64,000 bases of DNA from Eubacteriales bacterium (lineage in GTDB: Bacteria > Bacillota > Clostridia > Oscillospirales > CAG-272). Each line of letters opens with the position of its first letter. Positions within the stretch are counted from its first letter, which is position 1. The notes under the pieces were generated by a model. The model was given only the letters and a program-made list of their open reading frames with translations, ran no database searches and was not told the DNA's origin. Of this stretch, positions 19,201 through 27,930 are shown one piece after another. A program made the translations under genes and the position numbers. The stretch is from assembly GCA_045633625.1 (NCBI GenBank), contig JAZQYP010000038.1:16384-80383 (forward strand), written 5' to 3'.

Positions 19201-20887
19201 TGCTTTCCTCCGTGGATTTTTGCATCAAAAGTCTTTCAATTGTCGCTATAGCGGTCATTCCGCTGATATTTTTTGAATCGAGCATCACTTTGCTGAGAAA
19301 AAGCTCGTAATTTGCTCTTTCGTAGTCTACGTCACAAAGAGCCGACACGATCCTCGTCGCGCGGTCGATAAGCTTTTTGTTGCTTATGCTTATATAGACC
19401 ATATAGTTTCCGCGAATTCTGCCTATCTTCGCCATCGTTCCCGTGGAGATGATATTTATTATCATCTTTGCCGAGATATGCTCGAAAATTTTGAGCTGGG
19501 TGGAGATCATAGGTGCGCCGCCTGAGTGGAAGATAAGCACAGTGGCATTTTTATATTTGCTCGCATGAGTGAAAAATTCGCTCGTAAGATCGTAATTAAA
19601 TCCTATCCACGTGGCAAGGCTCTCGCCCGCCTCTCGCTCGGGATCGGGCTCGTTGCCTATCTCAAACTCATAGATAGCATCAAGATTTATCTTCGATATT
19701 TTTTCAACGTCGCGAGGATCAATACCTATGCTTGCGTATTCCTCGGGCGTTTTGTCGATGCACCTCGGGGTCCTTTCAAAGCAAGCCTCCCACGCATCCT
19801 TTGTGCTCTTTACGGGGTTCTTTACAAACGCCCACGAGAGAGGGAGCTCTACCGATGTCTGCGGTCTGAAATGAGGAACGCTGAAGGTGGGTGCACGCTC
19901 GGTGGTGTCGGCAAGCACGTCAAGCAAATACTCGTTTGCAAAATAGGTGACGTGGCCACCGTTTTTGTAAAGCTCTGCCTCAGTCTCTATCTGCTTGCAT
20001 ATAAGTGCCTCCGTCTCGTTTACCGATAGAAGAGCTATGCTTCTAGTGAAGCCTTCTATAAGAGTCTTCTTATCAACGTAGATGTTTTCTGTGGGGAAGA
20101 GCCTGTACAGTGCTAACTCAAGCGCCGAGGAGATAACGAGCTGCTCGATGGTCGATGACTGCATTCTCGTCGAGCCTGTGAGAGCCATTCCACCGCAGTT
20201 CATATACAGACTGTTACATTTTCTATGAGTGTAGACGTCGTCTGCCCGCGCAAGCTTTCCGAGAATTGTCGAGGGGTCGGTGCAGATGACCATAAATACC
20301 TTCGCGCCGTCGGACAGCGCCTGCTTGGCTGTGCCGAGTATCGAGGTGGTCTCACCCGTTGCCGTAACGCCGATAAGCAGGTCGCTCTCGCCAAGTGAGA
20401 GCTCACGCGCCTGCATCTCGCCAAGACAGGTATAGTCCTCAAATGCCTCGACCGAGCGGATTATTGCATAATCGCCCCCCGTCATAAGCTCAAGAACGCT
20501 GTTCTCAAGCTTTTTTGCCTCGGGTTGAGTGACTGTAAGTCCCCTTATTGCCTGACGCCATGACGCCTCTATTCTCATCGCGAGTCTGCCTGTTGAGCCA
20601 CATCCTGAGATGATTATTCTGCCGCCCGCCATAAGAGAGGCGGTGACAGCTACGACAAGCTCGTCAAATTTTTTAGAATTAAGTGTTTTTTCGTAAAGAG
20701 AGAGAAGGTCTCTGTCAACGCTTGCAAGTAATCTGATTCCCGACAGAGTGTCCTCCATAAAGTCTTCGCCAAGGTGTTTTGTTTTTGGATTGGGTTGCTC
20801 GGCTTCTATAAACCCGAGTCGGTATTGAGATTCTTCTCTTAAAAATTGTTCAGACAGAGCACGTGCTCTTTTTTTCGTATTGTCCAT
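19190..20887 (-). CDS. Double-SIS protein of the GCKR / MurNAc-6-P etherase (MurQ)-like family
   Basis: 565 aa with the SIS phosphosugar loop ISGCGSTGRLA. It is about twice the length of MurQ. It overlaps nagA by 11 nt, so they form an operon. Confidence 0.7.
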   Translation of the reverse strand: MDNTKKRARALSEQFLREESQYRLGFIEAEQPNPKTKHLGEDFMEDTLSGIRLLASVDRDLLSLYEKTLNSKKFDELVVAVTASLMAGGRIIISGCGSTGRLAMRIEASWRQAIRGLTVTQPEAKKLENSVLELMTGGDYAIIRSVEAFEDYTCLGEMQARELSLGESDLLIGVTATGETTSILGTAKQALSDGAKVFMVICTDPSTILGKLARADDVYTHRKCNSLYMNCGGMALTGSTRMQSSTIEQLVISSALELALYRLFPTENIYVDKKTLIEGFTRSIALLSVNETEALICKQIETEAELYKNGGHVTYFANEYLLDVLADTTERAPTFSVPHFRPQTSVELPLSWAFVKNPVKSTKDAWEACFERTPRCIDKTPEEYASIGIDPRDVEKISKINLDAIYEFEIGNEPDPEREAGESLATWIGFNYDLTSEFFTHASKYKNATVLIFHSGGAPMISTQLKIFEHISAKMIINIISTGTMAKIGRIRGNYMVYISISNKKLIDRATRIVSALCDVDYERANYELFLSKVMLDSKNISGMTAIATIERLLMQKSTEESNGN

Positions 20888-21032
20888 TTTTACCGCCTTT
20901 TTGAAGCATATAAATTGTTATTTATGGATTACCGCATTTTCTGTCTTAACTTGATCACAAGATAAAAGCAGAGGTCATAGTTTCATAGATGGAAAGCCGC
21001 TTAAATCACCGCAACGTAAATAGCTTTTTTAT

Positions 21033-21830
21033 TTATAAAAGCTCGGCGTCCTCCTTAAGACTGCTCCCACATTTCTTTTTATATAGCTTTGCAAGATAGC
21101 TCTCGTCACAAAAACCGATCTCGTCGGCAATCTCGTGCATGGTTTTTCCCGTTCGGTAGAGCCTTTTTGCTTCGGCAAGGCGCAGTCTATTCCTGTAATC
21201 AACGGGAGAGAGACCTGTTGAGGCAAGGAAATGCTTTCTGAAATAGCTCTCACTCATATTACAAAGTGCCGCGTAGACCGAAACTGAGTCGTTTTCCTTA
21301 TAATGCTCGGAGATATACTCTACCGCAGGAAAGACAGTTTGTGAATTGCCTTCCTCTCCGTCAAGATGCACCGCAAAGTCCTCAATAAGATCGATAAGCT
21401 CGCGCTTCTGACTAAGAATATAATCAGGCTTTTTCTCTGCGAGCTCACAAAGAGAGAGCATCTTGTTTCTGAGCCTTCCTTTATTGTGCGTGGAGACGGT
21501 ATATATGTCTTCGGGAATAGCTCTCTCAGGTATTCCGCTAAGTGAAAAAACAGCACTTATTCCTTCACAGCGCTCTCCCTCAAAAGGACGGCTTACCGTA
21601 AGATAATGCGTTCCTTCGGGTATGTAAACCACCGTGTTTTCTCCGACGGTAAAGCGCTTCTCGCCAATGACGTATTCTCTCTCTCCGCGAAGGACAAGGT
21701 GTATGATATGCTTGCTTCTTCCGCACGCCACGTGGTCGGCAAGCGTTCCGTCAGAAAAGCTCACCCTACCAATCGCAATAGACGTCGGACACAGGTCACT
21801 TCTGAGAATAAACGTAAGACCCCTTTGCAT
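21033..21830 (-). CDS. AraC-family transcriptional regulator (cupin sensor plus HTH)
   Basis: C-terminal AraC HTH (ESYFRKHFLASTGLSPVDYRNRLRLAEAKRL). The start is set at MQRGL, which is preceded by GGAGG. It is a 265-aa paralogue of 38541-39338. Confidence 0.88.
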   Translation of the reverse strand: MQRGLTFILRSDLCPTSIAIGRVSFSDGTLADHVACGRSKHIIHLVLRGEREYVIGEKRFTVGENTVVYIPEGTHYLTVSRPFEGERCEGISAVFSLSGIPERAIPEDIYTVSTHNKGRLRNKMLSLCELAEKKPDYILSQKRELIDLIEDFAVHLDGEEGNSQTVFPAVEYISEHYKENDSVSVYAALCNMSESYFRKHFLASTGLSPVDYRNRLRLAEAKRLYRTGKTMHEIADEIGFCDESYLAKLYKKKCGSSLKEDAELL

Positions 21831-21944
21831 AAGTCCTCCAAAATTATCATTTTGTACCAAAATCATTGTACCACCAATGAAATTTCCTGTCAATACCGTT
21901 TTTAATGAAAATCGATTTGTACAAAAAGTGAATCGATATACACC

Positions 21945-21972
21945 TTGAAAGTACGCTCTCAGATGTTATAAT
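21945..21972 (+). promoter_or_regulatory. Sigma-A type promoter of the 22000-23902 operon
   Basis: -35 TTGAAA (21945-21950), 16-nt spacer, TGtTATAAT (21964-21972). Confidence 0.5.
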
Positions 21973-21999
21973 GAAAGTGAATACAGAAGGAGGTGTGCT

Positions 22000-22851
22000 A
22001 TGAAATACGGAACACTTGTAAGACTTCCCGAGGGCTGTGATCTTCGCACAGTTGCACGTGAAAAATTCGCAAAAATAAGGGAGATGGGACTTGAGTCCTG
22101 TCAGCTTGTTTACAAACCGAAGATATACGACGAAAAGGATGCCGACCCGATAAGAGAGGCGGCAGAGGAGGCAGGCGTTGAGATATCGGCAATGTTCTGC
22201 GGATATTACGACACGAATTATTTTTGGGACACGACTACGGGCTTCATGCTTGCGGGAATAAATTCTCCTATGTTCGGCGGGGATAGAGTAAATTATCTTC
22301 TTTCGGCAATTCCGTTTATAAAAAGGCTTGGAGTGACCGATATGGTCATACACGCAGGCTTTGTGCCTAACGATCCCTATGAAGCGGGTTACGTGCGTAT
22401 GCTTGCTGCTGCAAAGCTTTTGGCAAAGCGTCTTGGCGCGGCGGGACTTAACTTGCTTTTTGAGACGGGAATGGAGTCTCCCATAGCCCTTCTTAATCTT
22501 ATCAGCGATATGGGGCTTGATAACGTATACGTAAATTTTGACACGGCAAACCTCATACTTTACGGCTACGGAAATCCTGTTGATGCAATGTATACCTTTG
22601 GTAAATACGTAAGAAACGTTCACGCAAAGGATGGATTTCCGCCAATGGCGCCAAAAACTCTTGGCAAGGAAGTTCCTCTCGGCGAGGGACTTGTCGACTT
22701 CAGGCGAGTTTTCGAGCTTCTTATTAAAGAGGGCTATGACCGTTATATAACGATCGAAAGAGAGATCTCAGACGGTAAAGAGGAAAGCGGCATAATCGAT
22801 TCGATCAAATATTTGAAATCTATAGAAAAGGACATAAAGGATCATGAGTAA
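22000..22851 (+). CDS. Sugar phosphate isomerase/epimerase (xylose-isomerase-like TIM barrel; IolE/IolI-like family)
   Basis: 283 aa with sequence character of the AP-endonuclease-2/xylose-isomerase-like TIM family. The family call is a general impression; no diagnostic motif was identified. Confidence 0.8.
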   Translation: MKYGTLVRLPEGCDLRTVAREKFAKIREMGLESCQLVYKPKIYDEKDADPIREAAEEAGVEISAMFCGYYDTNYFWDTTTGFMLAGINSPMFGGDRVNYLLSAIPFIKRLGVTDMVIHAGFVPNDPYEAGYVRMLAAAKLLAKRLGAAGLNLLFETGMESPIALLNLISDMGLDNVYVNFDTANLILYGYGNPVDAMYTFGKYVRNVHAKDGFPPMAPKTLGKEVPLGEGLVDFRRVFELLIKEGYDRYITIEREISDGKEESGIIDSIKYLKSIEKDIKDHE

Positions 22852-23902
22852 GATAAGAGTTGGAGTAATTGGAACGGGCGGCATCGCTATGTCAAGACAC
22901 ATCCCCGAGCTTCTTGAGTGTCTCGATGCCGAGATAGTCGCAATCTGTGATATAAATCCCGATGCACTTGCCAAGGCTAAGGAAAAGATAGGAAACGAAA
23001 ACGTAAAGTGCTACACCGATTATAAGGAGCTTATTGCAGATCCCGATGTAGACGCTGTAGAAGTATGTACACCCAATAATCTTCACGCAAGAATGGCTAT
23101 CGCAGCTCTTGAGGCAGGGAAGCCCGTAAATCTTGAAAAGCCTGTAGCTATGAGCTATGACGAGGCTCTCTCGATAATCGAGGCGGAAAAGAAGAGCTCT
23201 GCCTTCGGTATGACCTGCTTTACCTACCGCTTTATGCCTGCGGTAAGATATGCTGTGCATCTTATGAAGCAAGGCTTGCTTGGCGATATCGTTGGACTTA
23301 ACGTAACGTATGCCAAGTGCTCGGCTTTCTGGGAGGGAAGACCTCTTGAATGGAGATTTGTCAAGGACAGTGCAGGCTCGGGTGTTGCGGGCGATCTCGG
23401 AGTTCATCTGGTTGATTTCGCACAGCTGCTTGCGGGTGAGATAAGTGAGCTTTGCGCTATGACCGAGATAGTAGTTAAGGAGCGCCCCACCCTTGACGGT
23501 AGCGCAATAGCGCCCGTTGAGACAGATGACAACTGCTTCTTCCTTGCGAGATTTGCAAGTGGCGCTATGGGTACCTTCCACGTAACTCGCGCGGCTATCG
23601 GTCATCCGAATACAATAAGATACGACGTTTACGGAACCAAGGGAAGCATCACCGTCGAGCTTACAAAGACGGTTCCCGATACCGTTTTCCTTACGTCAGG
23701 AGAGGGCGACCCTAAGATACTCCGCCCTGTAGAGCTGAAGGTGCCCGAGGAATTCTATCTCTCGCAGGCACAGGGATTTATTGATGCTGTCAACGGCAAG
23801 AGAGACGTTATATTCCCCACGCTCGAGCTTGGTGCGCAGGGACAAAAGGTTATTGATGCCATACTTGAATCGGCAGAAGGCAAAAAGTGGGTAAGTATTT
23901 GA
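22844..23902 (+). CDS. Gfo/Idh/MocA-family NAD(P)-dependent oxidoreductase
   Basis: N-terminal Rossmann IRVGVIGTGGIAMSRHIPEL, EKP motif (NLEKPVA), and a C-terminal alpha/beta domain. It overlaps the upstream gene by 8 nt. Confidence 0.9.
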   Translation: MSKIRVGVIGTGGIAMSRHIPELLECLDAEIVAICDINPDALAKAKEKIGNENVKCYTDYKELIADPDVDAVEVCTPNNLHARMAIAALEAGKPVNLEKPVAMSYDEALSIIEAEKKSSAFGMTCFTYRFMPAVRYAVHLMKQGLLGDIVGLNVTYAKCSAFWEGRPLEWRFVKDSAGSGVAGDLGVHLVDFAQLLAGEISELCAMTEIVVKERPTLDGSAIAPVETDDNCFFLARFASGAMGTFHVTRAAIGHPNTIRYDVYGTKGSITVELTKTVPDTVFLTSGEGDPKILRPVELKVPEEFYLSQAQGFIDAVNGKRDVIFPTLELGAQGQKVIDAILESAEGKKWVSI

Positions 23903-23925
23903 CCTTCCGCTAAATAAAAACCAAA

Positions 23926-23957
23926 ACAGCCGCGCTCTTTGCGCGGCTGTTTTTTTG
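23926..23957 (+). terminator. Rho-independent terminator
   Basis: Stem acagccgcgc / gcgcggctgt, loop tcttt, then T7. Confidence 0.75.
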
Positions 23958-24099
23958 TAATACATTGTATTTGTAAATCTTCATTTTTACCTTGAAATAT
24001 AATTGGGATAATAATGGGTTGATTTTTTGTGTTTTCTTTGCTATAATTAAAATAGCTCCATTTCGTAGCGGAGCATTGAATTAAAGGAGAAATACGAGG

Positions 24100-25242
24100 A
24101 TGGAAGTTGTAAGACTCAATGCGGATAATTTTGACCAGATGCACGCTCTTTTGACAACAGTTTACTCAAGAGATGACGGATACGTGGCGGATTTCAAGAA
24201 AATAATGCCCAAAATGGGTGTCCGCGACGATGAGAATATGGGTCATCACCTCGGCATTTTTGAGGACGGAAAGCTCGTTGCCTGTATGGGCGTATATCCC
24301 ATAGAGCTTATTGTGGCGGGAGAAAAGCTTCTGTTTGCAACCACGGGAAATATCGCCACTCACCCCTCCTACGAGGGCAGAGGCTATATGGGCGCTATGC
24401 TTGAGGCTGCGATGAAGGAGCTTGATAGACTTGGAGCCGATGCGGCTCGTCTTGGCGGACTTCGCAGTCGCTATAACCGATATGGATACGAGCTGTGCGG
24501 ACAAAATTATACATTCACTTTCACAGAAAAGAACCGCATTCGCAGGCTTTCAAATTTCGGTAAGGATATCTCCTTTGTAAAAATAGAGCCCGACGATACG
24601 GATGCTATCTCCTATGCTGTATCTCTTTACAATAAGGGCAGGGTGATCGTACCGAGAAGCTCCCACGATGCATATTTTACAATGACTACGTGGCGGAGTG
24701 TGCCGTATATCGTTATGCGCGGGGACGAAAGAATAGGATATTTGTCTGTAAATTCCGCGGGCAACTCGGTGAATGAATTCTTCGGCGCTGATATGGATGC
24801 ACGCGTAGATACTATTTGTGCATGGCAGGAGCGCGTGGGGGAGAGCATAACCTTCTCACTCCAAATGCACGAGATAGAGGCTGTACGGCTTTTTAGCGCG
24901 GTATGTGAGTCCTCAGTGATATCCTCACCTAGCCAATTCAAGATAATAAATTGGGAGAAGGTCGTGGATGCTTTTATGAAGCTTGAGGCGATGTACTCTT
25001 ATGTCGCAGAGGGAAGTCTCTGCATAGAGATAAAGGGCTACGGAACTCTCTGCTTATATTCGCAAAACGGGGAGGTTGGTTGCAGACCTTGTGACGATAC
25101 GCCCGATATCTCGCTTGACGCGCTCTCGGCGGCAAGATACATATTCGGTCCTTACTCGCCTATATACACCGCAGAGGCTCTGCCCCTTGCGAATGCATGG
25201 TTTCCGTTGCCGCTTGGTTGGAATACACTTGATAGAATATAA
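24100..25242 (+). CDS. GNAT N-acetyltransferase, Eis-like (GNAT plus C-terminal SCP2-like domain)
   Basis: 380 aa with acetyl-CoA binding motif HPSYEGRGYMGAMLEAAM. The length and architecture fit the Eis/YhbS-like family. Confidence 0.78.
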   Translation: MEVVRLNADNFDQMHALLTTVYSRDDGYVADFKKIMPKMGVRDDENMGHHLGIFEDGKLVACMGVYPIELIVAGEKLLFATTGNIATHPSYEGRGYMGAMLEAAMKELDRLGADAARLGGLRSRYNRYGYELCGQNYTFTFTEKNRIRRLSNFGKDISFVKIEPDDTDAISYAVSLYNKGRVIVPRSSHDAYFTMTTWRSVPYIVMRGDERIGYLSVNSAGNSVNEFFGADMDARVDTICAWQERVGESITFSLQMHEIEAVRLFSAVCESSVISSPSQFKIINWEKVVDAFMKLEAMYSYVAEGSLCIEIKGYGTLCLYSQNGEVGCRPCDDTPDISLDALSAARYIFGPYSPIYTAEALPLANAWFPLPLGWNTLDRI

Positions 25243-25310
25243 TCAAGAGAGATTTTACCAAACAGCAGATAAAAAAGAAAACCGACAAGATACTAAATAA
25301 TTCTTAGAAA

Positions 25311-25350
25311 ACAAGGCACTCGAACATACGTTCGAGTGCCTTGTTTTTTA
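25311..25350 (+). terminator. Rho-independent terminator
   Basis: 15-bp stem acaaggcactcgaac / gttcgagtgccttgt, loop atac, then a T-run. A near-copy lies at 52618-52660. Confidence 0.75.
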
Positions 25351-25413
25351 TCCTTGGACGTAAAAGATGTTAACGAGGGTGCAGAATTCCCAATATGAGA
25401 AATTTGTGGAAAA

Positions 25414-26259
25414 TCACTTTTTTGTTTTTTTATCGCTGAGTGCTAACTCGGTGTTGTATATTGCCTCACGTGCCTTGTTGTCTGTGTTAAGCACTATATA
25501 GGTATAGATGCTGTCAAGAATTGCAAGCTGAGCGATACGTGAGCTCATAGCGAGCACCGAGTGCTCGGTCTCCTCCGATTTTGTAAAAAGGGAAATGTCG
25601 GAAACCGACGTTATCGGAGAATTGTCGTAATTAGTTATGCAAATAGTTGTTGCATTCCATATCTTGCAAAGGCGGAGTGCCTCGATTATATCCTCAGAGC
25701 GTCCGGAGTGTGAGATGCCGATGGCAACGCTGTCGCGCTTCAGATGCGATGCAATTATCGCCTGCATGTGATTGTCGGTACAGCACTGTGCCACAAGACC
25801 CAGACGCAAAAATTTGTGTGTTGCGTCCTGTGCTATAGCGGCTGAATTTCCAAGCCCGAAAACCACTATTCGCTTCGAATTCATTATAGCTCTTGCGGCA
25901 GCCTCAAGCTTTTCTGCATCAAGCACTGATTCGGTATTGTGGAGAGAGGCGGAAATGTCAACTATCCTCTTTTTGAATATATCAAAGCAGCTGTCACCCC
26001 TCTCAATATCAGCACCGATATGAGATGACGATGTAAGCTCACCCGCAAGGCGCAAACGAAGCTCGTGGTATCCGCCCACACCAAGTCTTTTTGAAAATCT
26101 TACTATCGTTGCGTCTCCACAGCCGCACTCCTTGGCAAGCTCGGATATTGAAAGTCCAAGAGCTTTTGTGGTGTTTTTGAGTATATATTCGGCGATTCTT
26201 TTCTCTGCTCGACCCATCGATTCGTAAGTGAATCGTATCTTGTGTATCAAAGTTTCCAT
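25414..26259 (-). CDS. MurR/RpiR-family transcriptional regulator (HTH_6 plus SIS)
   Basis: N-terminal HTH (SISELAKECGCGDATIVRFSKRLG) and a SIS domain (VVFGLGNSAAIAQDA). The start is set at METLIHK, which is preceded by GAGGG. Confidence 0.9.
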   Translation of the reverse strand: METLIHKIRFTYESMGRAEKRIAEYILKNTTKALGLSISELAKECGCGDATIVRFSKRLGVGGYHELRLRLAGELTSSSHIGADIERGDSCFDIFKKRIVDISASLHNTESVLDAEKLEAAARAIMNSKRIVVFGLGNSAAIAQDATHKFLRLGLVAQCCTDNHMQAIIASHLKRDSVAIGISHSGRSEDIIEALRLCKIWNATTICITNYDNSPITSVSDISLFTKSEETEHSVLAMSSRIAQLAILDSIYTYIVLNTDNKAREAIYNTELALSDKKTKK

Positions 26260-26347
26260 TTTACCCTCTATATCGAAAATAATTTTCACTATTTTAGCAT
26301 ATTTTGATAAGAAAGTCAATATTTCAAAAATAATTTTCGGTTTTGTG

Positions 26348-26376
26348 TTGACACATCTTTATTAAACTGATATCAT
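26348..26376 (+). promoter_or_regulatory. Sigma-A type promoter of the 26442-36453 operon
   Basis: -35 TTGACA (26348-26353), 17-nt spacer, -10 TATCAT (26371-26376). Confidence 0.5.
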
Positions 26377-26441
26377 CTACTTATATGAAGCGAAGTACTT
26401 GCTAACGGATTATTTTGAGTGAAATTTAGGAGGATATAAAA

Positions 26442-27878
26442 ATGCAATACCAGATGAACGACTTTTTGTTTTCGATGATACTTACCGAGCTTGAGGACGC
26501 GGTAGGTAAGGAGAACTGCTCGATAAGAGCGATTGACAAGGTAACGCATAGCGTTGACTTTTTCTGGCTCTCGCGTATGTGGGCTGACAGAGGACAGAGA
26601 ATGCCCGAGGCTGATTTTATAGTTTGCCCCGCGGACGCCAAAGAGGTATCAAAGGTACTTAAGATAGCTAACTACTACAAGCTCCCCGTAACAACTTGGG
26701 GTGCCGGCGGCGGCTCACAGGGCGGTGCGCTTCCCGTTACAGGCGGTATCCTTCTTGATACAAAGAGAATGAATAAGATATACGAGGTAAATACCGAGGC
26801 TATGTACATAGAGTGCGGCACGGGTGCTATTTATAAGCACATCGAATGGGCTGCAAACGAGGTAGGAAAGTCTACAATGCATTTCCCGTCCTCGCTCACT
26901 TGCTCGACAGTCGGCGGATTCCTCGCTCACAGAGGTATCGGCGTTTGCTCTACAAAGTACGGTAAGATAGACGATATGGTGCTTCAGATGGAGGTAGTTC
27001 TTCCTAACGGAGACATTATTTACACAAGCCCTGCTCCAAAGCACGCGGCAGGACCTGATCTCAACCAGATATTTATCGGTTCCGAGGGCACACTCGGAAT
27101 CATCACGAAGGCTCAGCTTCGTATCTACGATCAGCCCGAGGAGCGTCGCTTCCGCGGATTTTTGTTCCAGGATATGCACGGTGCCTTCCAGGCTTCCCGC
27201 GAGCTTCTTCAGAAGTTCAAGCCCTCTGTTATGCGTCTTTATGACGAGGCAGAGACGGCATCGCTTATCAAGAAGATAGTCGGTGTCGAGCGCAAGGGCG
27301 CATTTATGAACGTTGCTTACGAGGGCGTTAAGGAAATGGTCGAGGTAGAGGAGAAAATACTCCTTGAAACCTTCAAAAAATACGGTGCTGAGGACCTCGG
27401 CTCCGAATACGGAGAAAAGTGGTGGAAGGAAAAGATTACCTTCTTCTATCCCGGTCATATGATGGATATCCCCCAGATGTTCGGTACGATGGATACCATC
27501 GCTCCTTACGGTAAGATCGAGGAGATATACTGGGCCATGAAGAATGCGATCGAAACCAACTTCCCTCAGGCAAAATTTATCGCTCATTTCTCGCATTGGT
27601 ACGAGTGGGGCGCTATGGTTTACGACCGCTTCATCGTTGACGGTAAGGATGTTCCCGAGGATCCCGTTGAGGCACTTCGTCTGCATCAGGAGATTTGGAA
27701 CTGTGGAGTTCGTGCGGCGCTCGAGCACGGCGGTGTGGTTAACGACCACCACGGTGTAGGCATCAAGCTTTCAAGACTTATGAAGGAGCAGTACGGACCT
27801 GCGATGCAGGTGTTTGAGGGTATCAAGAAGCAGCTTGACCCCAACGGAATAATGAATCCGTTTAAGCTTGGTATCTAA
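26442..27878 (+). CDS. FAD-linked oxidase (PCMH-type FAD_binding_4; GlcD / alkyl-DHAP-synthase-like)
   Basis: 478 aa with FAD-binding segment TTWGAGGGSQGG and a C-terminal FAD-oxidase_C-like region (HHGVGIKL). A strong RBS AGGAGG lies upstream. Confidence 0.88.
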   Translation: MQYQMNDFLFSMILTELEDAVGKENCSIRAIDKVTHSVDFFWLSRMWADRGQRMPEADFIVCPADAKEVSKVLKIANYYKLPVTTWGAGGGSQGGALPVTGGILLDTKRMNKIYEVNTEAMYIECGTGAIYKHIEWAANEVGKSTMHFPSSLTCSTVGGFLAHRGIGVCSTKYGKIDDMVLQMEVVLPNGDIIYTSPAPKHAAGPDLNQIFIGSEGTLGIITKAQLRIYDQPEERRFRGFLFQDMHGAFQASRELLQKFKPSVMRLYDEAETASLIKKIVGVERKGAFMNVAYEGVKEMVEVEEKILLETFKKYGAEDLGSEYGEKWWKEKITFFYPGHMMDIPQMFGTMDTIAPYGKIEEIYWAMKNAIETNFPQAKFIAHFSHWYEWGAMVYDRFIVDGKDVPEDPVEALRLHQEIWNCGVRAALEHGGVVNDHHGVGIKLSRLMKEQYGPAMQVFEGIKKQLDPNGIMNPFKLGI

Positions 27879-27930
27879 AAATATTTGAGAAAAGGAGACA
27901 CTTCGGAAGAGCCGAGGTATAATAAATACT

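Noticed and set aside
21847-22623. 258-aa minus-strand ORF (and 22892-23605, 237 aa)
   Set aside because: They are antisense to the TIM-barrel isomerase and Gfo/Idh/MocA genes. Their basic, low-complexity composition indicates shadow frames.
26715-27752. 345-aa minus-strand ORF
   Set aside because: It is entirely antisense to the well-supported FAD-linked oxidase CDS. It has no RBS or recognisable motif, and its composition is typical of a shadow frame.
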